From a virus: a stretch of DNA of 64,000 nucleotides. Positions within the stretch are counted from its first letter, which is position 1. Each line of letters opens with the position of its first letter. The stretch is taken from positions 1 to 64,000 of the IMG/VR virus record IMGVR_UViG_3300037882_003336; one strand, 5' to 3'. Position numbers and translations under genes: made by a program. Shown in pieces: positions 18,021 to 27,400 of this stretch. Below the pieces are notes generated by a model. The model did not search any database. It saw only the letters and a list, made by a program, of their open reading frames with translations, and was not told the DNA's origin.

Positions 18021-19298
18021 TTAAAAGTTTTGCGCCTCCACGTAGAGTTTCCAAGTGAGCATCTCGGTGTGTGTAAAACGAGTGTTCCCGGTTTTGTTGA
18101 ACATACCGCCCTGCATGATTACAGCGGTGGAGTTGGGTGGCACGTGTGTCGGGACACCAAGCGGAAGTATGACGCTTCGAAGTGCCTCTGATGGGTAAAA
18201 CACAGATGCCATTTCCATGCCGACCGCCAATTTTTTGGCCTGCACCGCATCTCGGTTACAAACTCTTACATGGAATGTTGCACCGATCACTTCGCTTTCC
18301 AGACTGACATTCGCCGGAACGGTAATGGTAAAGTTGGCGAGCGAACCACCGCCAAGGCTCCTGATCGCTTTGGCATCAGTGCCGCTGGATACTGCGTCGG
18401 TCAGCGTGGTGGCACCGGTACCGTAGGCACCCCATCCGGTATTGGTGCTATCTGCCGAGATAGTTCCCCGTTGAGCGCTGATGCGACCCGTTGGAAATGA
18501 ATCGTTGTCGATGTATACGTTGTCTATGAGCCCCACGTAAGCGTTGGTGCCATTGTCGTAAACTGGTGGGCTGAACGAAATGTAAACAGCACTACCCAAC
18601 GCGATTGTTCCGACCGTGTTTTGGTTGGTGTAACTGGCGTGTCCGTACCCGTCAACCGTCACATTGAAAGCCCCCGTGGTAACATCCAGTTTAGCGTGAA
18701 TGCGGACGTGATGCCAACTCCCCTGAACGACTTCTGGGAAAGAGACAGTGGCGACCTCGGCAGCACCATTATAAAGCGAAACGACGTGCGTGATGACTGC
18801 AGACGCGTAGTCAAGCTGTTTGCACCTTAGCGAAAGGTCACCCCATATGAACAATTGCTCCCAGTCGGCAGATGGGCTGTATGAACTGGAGAGCGACGAA
18901 TTATGGGTGACGAACGCATGACGGAAATCGAACGTCATGAAGATTTCATTGGTGATCTGTGGATAAACAGACCTGACGAGACTCAGCTGAAAACCCTTAG
19001 CGGCGGCAAACGCAGTCCTGGTGGTGCTGGTTGCTGCGCCGTACCCAGATTGGTGTTGACTTGGAATACCCCCGAAATACGGGCCGTAGGCGGCGGAGTT
19101 GGTGGCAACTCCAGGTGCTAGGACTTGTACGCTGTTCCCTTGCGGTACGTTTGGGGGACTTATCGCGGGGTCCAGTGTGGCAGCCCCATTATTGTGGTAC
19201 ATGCCAAGAGGCATAGACACTTCAGCCCAGTTATTGGAGAAGGTCGGAGCCACCCCGGATTTCATCCAGTCAAAATCAACGAATAATACTCCAGCCAT
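18021..19298 (-). CDS. Putative tail fibre/appendage protein, paralog 2
   Basis: Shared motifs DFD, YHNNG, WGD, HAKLD..TG, QNTV and IDN. Confidence 0.7.
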   Translation of the reverse strand: MAGVLFVDFDWMKSGVAPTFSNNWAEVSMPLGMYHNNGAATLDPAISPPNVPQGNSVQVLAPGVATNSAAYGPYFGGIPSQHQSGYGAATSTTRTAFAAAKGFQLSLVRSVYPQITNEIFMTFDFRHAFVTHNSSLSSSYSPSADWEQLFIWGDLSLRCKQLDYASAVITHVVSLYNGAAEVATVSFPEVVQGSWHHVRIHAKLDVTTGAFNVTVDGYGHASYTNQNTVGTIALGSAVYISFSPPVYDNGTNAYVGLIDNVYIDNDSFPTGRISAQRGTISADSTNTGWGAYGTGATTLTDAVSSGTDAKAIRSLGGGSLANFTITVPANVSLESEVIGATFHVRVCNRDAVQAKKLAVGMEMASVFYPSEALRSVILPLGVPTHVPPNSTAVIMQGGMFNKTGNTRFTHTEMLTWKLYVEAQNF

Positions 19299-21460
19299 TA
19301 GGTTGAGGTCAGTTTGAGTTTAAGATTTGCAATCTCGGAGTATAGATAAGGATTACTAGACCCGTCTAGGTAAACGCTATCAAAAATATCGGCACCAGCC
19401 AGAGCAATGGTTGGTGTATCGTCCAGTGGGAGATTGGTGGCTCCCATGATTGCACCCTGGGTTTCCACACCAGCCTTATCAATGCCAACGGCCAACTTCC
19501 TCGACGTGATTGGGTCACGGTTCGCTGCCTTGATCGCGTAAAGGTTAAACCCGAGCAGGTCAGCATGAATGTTTCCAATACCTGTCGGAACGTTACCAAC
19601 GGGGGTTTGAAAAGGCATCGAACAGGTAGAACCAGCAGGACCGAACAGTGTCTTATTGTTTGCTCCAGTTTGTGGAATGTTGGTGTAGTTGGCACCGTTC
19701 GCACCGATCTGCCATTTCCTCATTAGATAGGACATCACTCGCCCCCGGTCTGTCTCCGTGGTCGTGCTGTAGATGATTACTTCATGGACCCTTGCGTACA
19801 TGAAGGACGTATGGATGGCACCACTAACCCACCTCCCACCGAATAGGATGCCAGGGGTGGAGGTAGTGACCGAACCCTCACTATATTGTCCACCACCCTG
19901 GGAACTTAGCGTGGAGTGGTTACGGGAAACGTAGGACTGAGTGGCACTATTCCTACGGTCCATGAAGATGTAAGGACCACCCATCAAGACGCTACCATTT
20001 GATGGGGAGGCAGTCGCGCTGTTGACTTGGGTTTGTGTGATCTGCGATGCAAAGTTATTATAGTAAGCAACACGTGTCAGGGTGTCGTAGTCGTTCCCGG
20101 TACTACCAGGACCAACACCCAATGCAATGCCACCGTATCGACCACCCGTCAGGACACTCCCAAGGTCCTCCCAAACAATGAAGACGGTGCGAAGTGAAAG
20201 GTTGACAGTGAACAACGAGTTTGCCATCCAGTCATTACTGCCGTCAAACAGCATTGCACGCTTTCCGTTGAGCACGTTGGTCTTCAGGAATGGTTGTGCT
20301 CCACCGGTTGCCTGGGTGAGATGGTACCCGTTTCCGGATTTATCCTCCCATCTCGCCACTGGAGACCCATCAGTGGTGACGTTGGACCCACCTGAGGTGG
20401 CATCGAAAAGTGTGGTGGTATCGTTGGCATCCCACCACCCAACCATCCCGGAAATAGACGTGGGTGTGAAGCTTGATGCCACATACGGTATGCCTGACAC
20501 GGAGGTTGAGTGCAAGCCCCATTCACCACCTGACACCACTGACGGCATGTTGGGGTCCAGCCTAGCTCGGTAGGCGATTGGGCGACCGACCGGGAAGGAC
20601 CCCGTTGAGAATGTCACGTTGTCAAGTGTTCCAGAACAATGCAGTGTAGTTCCGTTGTCGATGGCGGGCGGGGAGAAGTAAATGAAAGTAGCGGTGGCGA
20701 GACTGATCGACGAGACTGTGTTTTGATTGGTGTAGGTGATGCCCATGTCCACCCCGTTGATGGAAACAGCAATGGAGCCAGTGGTCGCATCGAGCTTGGC
20801 ATGTACCCGGATAAAGTTCCACGCGAGGCTTTTGACACCAGCAGTTGATATGGTGGCGACTTCCGTTCCAGCGTTCCTTACCGAGTACACAACGGTGCTG
20901 GAATCGGAGTTTGCGTCATAGGTGGTGCTCTTAACCCGAATCGCTACATCACCCCACCTGAACATTTGAAGCGAATCGTCACTAGACTCGTAGGAAGAAT
21001 TGAATGACGCGCCAGTAGCAAAACCGCCTAAGTTACGGTCGGCGAAAAACTGAAAGTCGGCAGTGTAGAACACCTCGTCTGTGATGCTGTATACAGACCG
21101 TTTCAGGGCTAGCTGCATCGCCTTAGCGGCCAGGAATGTGGCTCTGGTTTGAGAGGTTCCAGAGGTATACGCTGCCGTGCTGGTGGTGTTGCTGGTTCTA
21201 GCGGTCTGGCACCGTCCATACGCGCCGCTTCCAATCAGAGCTTCTGATGAAGTGCCACGACCGACCGACTCCCAAAGTGCCGAGATGCTGTTGGAACCAT
21301 TTGGTGGGCTGACAACTTGAGACTCAGTCGCCACCCCGTTGGCGTGGAATACACCGGGGGGTTTAAGCCAGTTAGCCCAGGGGTTGTTGAACTGTATGCC
21401 GCCGTTGGTCGAAGCCGACCCAGTCGGAATGTCAAAGTCTAAAAGAATCTTCAGTGGCAT
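19298..21460 (-). CDS. Putative tail fibre/appendage protein, paralog 1, with internal LamG-like module
   Basis: Shared scaffold plus WWDAND...W.DKSGNG...FDGSND...KW insert. Confidence 0.7.
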   Translation of the reverse strand: MPLKILLDFDIPTGSASTNGGIQFNNPWANWLKPPGVFHANGVATESQVVSPPNGSNSISALWESVGRGTSSEALIGSGAYGRCQTARTSNTTSTAAYTSGTSQTRATFLAAKAMQLALKRSVYSITDEVFYTADFQFFADRNLGGFATGASFNSSYESSDDSLQMFRWGDVAIRVKSTTYDANSDSSTVVYSVRNAGTEVATISTAGVKSLAWNFIRVHAKLDATTGSIAVSINGVDMGITYTNQNTVSSISLATATFIYFSPPAIDNGTTLHCSGTLDNVTFSTGSFPVGRPIAYRARLDPNMPSVVSGGEWGLHSTSVSGIPYVASSFTPTSISGMVGWWDANDTTTLFDATSGGSNVTTDGSPVARWEDKSGNGYHLTQATGGAQPFLKTNVLNGKRAMLFDGSNDWMANSLFTVNLSLRTVFIVWEDLGSVLTGGRYGGIALGVGPGSTGNDYDTLTRVAYYNNFASQITQTQVNSATASPSNGSVLMGGPYIFMDRRNSATQSYVSRNHSTLSSQGGGQYSEGSVTTSTPGILFGGRWVSGAIHTSFMYARVHEVIIYSTTTETDRGRVMSYLMRKWQIGANGANYTNIPQTGANNKTLFGPAGSTCSMPFQTPVGNVPTGIGNIHADLLGFNLYAIKAANRDPITSRKLAVGIDKAGVETQGAIMGATNLPLDDTPTIALAGADIFDSVYLDGSSNPYLYSEIANLKLKLTST

Positions 21461-21467
21461 ATTAAAC

Positions 21468-24400
21468 CTATGTGATAGCCCATCTGTTCATGAGCGCGGA
21501 AATCATCCGGGTGCGAGTGGTGTGGCTGTGCGCGGTGTTGAAGATGATGATATCCCCGATGTAGCCTGAGAAGTTGCCAGAAACACCCGCAGACGACGCG
21601 TCGGTGCCAACCCAGAAGGTGCTGGTTCCCGCTGCCATGGCGGTGCTATTGGCAGCGGAGTTGTTGAGGACATGATTCCTGAAGAGCGACAGCATCTCCC
21701 CGTCGCTGCACACCGTAAACACCTGCCATCCTGACTGAAGTGGGGTAGTGGTGGTGAGTCGTCCACCACTACCGGTATTTCCGAAGTCGGCGTAGGTGAC
21801 TGATCCAGTGTAGTATGGGTAGAGTGAAACTTGTCTCGAAGCCGCATTGAAGACAGCCGCTGGGCCATTATGCAAGGCGGTCTTGCTGAAGACAAAATAA
21901 GCGGTATATCGGTCGGTGACTCCCCACGTGGTGAACAAATCCTGAGACGAGATAGCAAGGAAGCACTTAGACACTCCCTTCCACTGCACCGCGTTGAGCC
22001 CATTCTGTACCGAAGTGCGAAGGCTTGGTGCGATTTCGCTGTACAAGTTCAGGTGGGTAGCGTGTCTGGCATTCCCGGAAACATCCGTCCAGGTGGTGAG
22101 CGCGGTATCATCAGATCCAGACAGTGCTGGTCCGTCAAGGTTCAGGACTGGCGCAGTGATACTGGCTATCACGGTAGCAAGAGATTCAGTGGACGGTACC
22201 GGATAAGTCTCGTCGAGAATGATAACGGGCTGGAAACCCTCCAGGGAAAGCGTGTCGTCGACGGCATTCTGAGCGCCAATAACCGTCCCGAGTGCCTGAA
22301 CAGCTATTGATTCCTCAGAGTCTTCGGATGCTGCGATCACCGTTCCCAGCGCCTGCACCGCGATGCTGGACTCACGTAGGGTCTCTACGATCGGCACAAA
22401 GGACATCGCGTCGACCTGGAGGCCGTATTGGATATCTTCGACAATTGGAACGAACGCCAGCGCGTCAACTTGGAGACCACGCATTGCCCACTTGGACTTA
22501 GCATACAAAGAAAGGAGATTTATCTCGGTATCCGTCAGAACCCGATTCCAAGTAGCCACTTCGCCTATCCTCCCTCTCCAGGTATTACCAGAATAGTCAC
22601 CGAACAAGGCCAGCGCGTTCCCTGAGGCATCTGGCACCCACGCGTTGGAACCAGACCCCGCGTAGGTCATGGTCGACAACACCCCATCAACGTAAACCTT
22701 GGCTCCTGTAGTACCATCATCCCAGTTGCCGCCACCGTATATCAGGACCACGTGATACCATCTTCCAGCGGTTAGGATGGTGGTGGACTCCGCTCTCAAG
22801 TCGTTCAGAGAGGCAATCAACTTACCAGTGCTCAGGTGGCCAATCCTAATATTCTTGGTGTTTCCGGCAACTCCGAATCCAAATCCGTAGTAAAAATTGG
22901 CTGGACCGTCAGTCGACATTAGTATCGAAATTGTGAATCCAGTGGACGGCAGTATTGTGTTGCTGAGACCGGTGGCGGCAATTCGGGTGTCGTCCGGAGC
23001 ATATCCGGCAAGCGTGTAGTCAAAAACACCGTAGCTAGCTGCTGGTTGTAGGCTACCAGTGCCTTGTGCCAAGTTTACCCCGTTCCCGGATCGGTCCGCC
23101 AGGGTTGCATACGCCGCTTGGATCGGCTCTTGCCTGAAGTCATACCACGTGGTGAGGCCACTAGTCACTGGGATGGCATCAGGAACCGCCTCACGCAGTT
23201 CGATGCCCCATTTGTTGGCCAGGAACACCTCAAGCGCTTCGGATTCCTCGTCTGGAACCGCACGAGAGATCAACATGACCTCCGCCAAGTCACCCGCGAA
23301 GAATGAGGACGACCCTCCGATGTAGAAGGTGCCGGTGGTGGCGGCGTTGCCATGTCCAGAGATCGTGGACACCTGGACCACGCCGTTAACGCGTACCGTT
23401 GAGACCCCCGCCTCGCGAGTTATCGTGACGATGTTCCAACCACCGTGATGTGGGGTCGAGAAACCAGTCATCCCGTTCCCGACGGTATTCGCACCACGGG
23501 TCGAACTCATGTAGTGAACCGAACCCGCCTGCGTAGAATCGTAGATGCTGCCGTATATTCCGACATACCACCCGTTGGTGCCGTCATAAGTGCCGAGAAT
23601 CCGTCCGTTTTGGTTGACGGTGAACCTGAACACCAGCACGATTGTCTGATCGCTCGTCAGGTCGAAGTCGTTGGTGGCAAGCGACAACACGTCATTGGAG
23701 CCATCGAACCTCACCACCGTCCGCCCATTGTAGGTGGCGTTGGAGACGACGATTGGCTGATTGAGGCCAGTTCCCTGAGTGAGAGTGGCCGATGCCACGG
23801 TGTCAACCCAGCTGGAAATGGCGGTGCCGTTGGCGGTCGCGCTGAAGGATGCGTGGGCGTCCCAGTGACCCTCAAGGTCCAGGATGTCGGCGATACGGAA
23901 TTCGTAATCGCCAGGACCAGCCAGTTCCCAGTCCGCCTGAGACCGATCTGGAGCACCCATGGTCAGCGGCTGAGCCAGATCATAGACGGCGTCGACGACT
24001 CTCCAATCCGCCTGAGAGCGCTCTGCGTATTCGAGTTCTGGTTCGTATTCGGCACCAAGCACCCCCCAGTCTGCCAGCACCCGCTCAGTCTTGGTGTCGA
24101 CGGTCGAGAAGAAGGCCAGATACTCACCGACCTGTGACCTCCACCCCGCCATTGCATGCTCCAAGACGGCTTTTTCAAGGTACTGTTCACCGAACGCCCC
24201 ACCCCGCAGTGCCCACTTGATGCGAAGTTCCTCAATGGTCGCGATCGTCTCGGCAGTGTTGGTGCCACGGTCGTAGAATCTGACTTCACCGATGTGACCA
24301 CCAATCCCGTACCCGATTGATATGTTGGTGAGATAAGACCCGGTGATGGGGGCGCTGAGCGTTCCGGAGTCAACAATTTCCCCGTTGATCCAGAATTCGT

Positions 24401-27400
24401 ACTCAAGGTCTTCGTTGACCGTGATGTACCAAAGGCTCCAATGACCGGTCGGCTGTTCGCTGAACAAGACGGTGCTCGGTGGCAACGTCAGGTAGGCTTG
24501 TGGGTCTTCGGGGTCGACGGCGGTCGTACGACCAACGGTCAGCACGGAACCACCAGTGCCAAAGAAGATCTTGAGGATCGAGGAATAACCGAACGGCGGG
24601 TTCTCCACTTCCGGGTTGACGACCAACGCGATTGCGAACCCTGCAGCTGACTGCTCGGCGCTCCACGGTACCATCCCGTTCCATCGGAGAAGCTCCGTGT
24701 GGACGGTGGCGGATGGCGCGGAATCAAAAAACAGCCCGTTCAGCCCATTCCTGACCGCTACCTTGAGGCGGGGGCGTGTCGCCACGTCGGACTGGGAAAG
24801 GTCCATATCACCATCCCGCGCCAAGTTTGGCAGGGTCGCGATACGGTCGTTATTGGAGCCGGTGAGGGTGGACGCATCATACCACAGCAGCATTCCCAGG
24901 TCGCCATACTCGCCGGTCCGGTTGCGCCACCCCGCAAAGGTTCTTTCGGTGGCTCCCCGTGGGGTGTCTTGGTAGAAACCGGTACCACGGTTAGACCAGT
25001 TGGCGCTAGAATGCTCGCCAGCCGTCAAATCCTGAATCACCAAAGCCGCGTACTCGCCGGTCCTGGAAGCCCATGCAGCCCGTGCGCGTTCCAACCGCAT
25101 CCCAGCACTGGAAACACTCTCCGTGTACTCTCCCGTGCCAAGGCCAGCCCACCGGGCAACCGCACGCGACTCCTTGACGATGGCGTCCGGTTGGTCATCG
25201 AACAGACCACGGCGAATTCCCCATTTGTTGGCAAGCTCGGTTTCAATTGCCACCATGTCGTTGAACCGCTTGTACACATGGACTTCTCCCAATAAGCCCC
25301 GGAAGTTCGGACAAAGCAGGAAATCGGCGGTGATGTCATCAGGAAAGACTGCAGAGGTGGTGGATGCAGCGATCTCCAGCCCGTTCTCGCGGACCGTCAC
25401 GCTAGTACCGTTTCTGACGAAGCTCAGCACCATCCACTCATCGTCGTTCTCGGATGGATCGTTGGTGTCTTCAAGGAATTCCCCAGGAGCCGTCTGCCAT
25501 AAGATCGCGTTGGCGGCACTCCGGAAATAAGCTTTAAGGTAGCTGTCGCCAGTCTCTTCACCCCACCGGATCAGAGCCTGCTCTCCAGCGTCCGTCTTCT
25601 TGAGCACCATCACGATGGCGAACGAGGTATCGGCAATGTCCCAGCTGCCCTCCACGAACAGATTCTGAGCAGGTCGTAGTAGCATGCTGCCAGGACCGTC
25701 GAATTCGATCGCATTGAGACCGTTCCGGATGTTCAGACGGAGCACCGGGGAGCCAAGTGACTCCAAGTCGTTGCCATTGCCAGAGCTATCCGGAACGTCT
25801 TCCACCGGATCACCATCACCACCGCCAAGCCCACTCATATCCCAGATCGCCGCGATGTCTGCGTCATAATCACCGGGAAGGGCGTTCCAGGTCGCCGTGA
25901 CATGCTCGGATCGTTCCGCACTGCCCGTGATTGTCACGAAATACTCGCCAGTGAGACCCGTCCACCCACCCATCGCCTGTTCGGGGCGGGTCAGGGTGAC
26001 AAACTGATCCGAATACAAACCAGTCCTAGACGACCAACCAGCCAAGGCGTTGTCGGGAGCCCTGCTTATCAAGACCCGTGTTGGTTCGTAGACGCTTGAA
26101 TTGTCGGGCCAGAGACCACCGCGCCATTCGCCATCTGGAGTGAACTCACCCGCGATCCCAGAATCTTCGGCATCAGTCCAGTGGAGACCCGGCTCCAAGA
26201 TTGTGAGTTCGATCGCGTCCCGATCCCCGCCCGTCATCGTCAGGATGCCACTAAACCCGTCCCATCTTGGCAAGACGGTATCAAGCTCAACCTCCACGAA
26301 GGATTCGGCACTCCAGTCAAGCGCACTGACCCACACGTCAAGCTCGGACGAGTAGTACCCGAGAGTGATTTCGTAAACGCTGTTAACTTGCCAGTCCGAT
26401 GTTGAAGAATACTGCAGGACGGAGCTTGAGCCATCCTCGGGTACCCGGTACACCCGGAACTCAATCTCAGCAGCACGCGGGTGAGTGGTGCGCAGTTCGC
26501 CGGTCTGGTCGGCTTCTGGCGTCACAAACTCCAGCGTCTTCCACCAGAGGCGACCCGTGAGGTCGGCAGAGGGTGGCGCAACATCAACTTCAATGAACGG
26601 TCTTCCGTTTCCGTCAAATCCGCTACCCAGCACCGTCACCAACACTTCTGACTCCCCGGTCGGAGCAACCAGGATTTGCTGACCAACCGGGCAGAAGATG
26701 AGTTCCCCGGTGTCCTCGTCCACCCCAATGTTTGGCGCACCATCTCCAGAGTCGTTGCGAGGCGTAATGAAGTGGGACGTCGAGACAGTGGTCCAGCTTT
26801 CGAATCTTCCACCCCACGGCAGGCTGGCCATTTGCCAACGCCGATATGGGAGCAGCCAGTCGTAGTCCGGGGAGACTTGGTCGGATGAGAAGAACCCTTC
26901 GTTTTCGATCTCCACATCCCCGTCCACCGTGGCGGCGGGCTCCAGCGTGCCATCTCCGGATTGGGCGGCAAATCCGTCGGGAAGCTCATCGAGTAGGAGA
27001 CCTTCCGAAACGAGTTCCGCCCCTTCGGTCAGGTCCACGGAATTGCGCAGATAGTGAGCTTTGAGCGGGTCTCGACCGTGTCGTGCGCGATAGATGAACG
27101 TTCCATGCCGCTGCATGAAGTAGACCGGATATCCAGCGGTCCAGTATCCGGTCGGCACGGGCTCAATGATACCGGGTTCAACACCAGCGGTGCGAAGTCG
27201 TGGATCACGTCCCCTGAATGCCCCGTCCCAGAATCCCCAGTCTTCTTCACGTGCCACCCAGTCAACCCCAAGGGCGTCGTTGGAATGGAACGGGAACGCG
27301 ACGTGTGTCAGGGAGTGGTCGTCGTGGGTCGGGATGACCTGGATTTCGTCCTCCGGTCCGGTCTGGAAGGAAAGGCGAGGGTCGGGCTGATCCGTTGACA

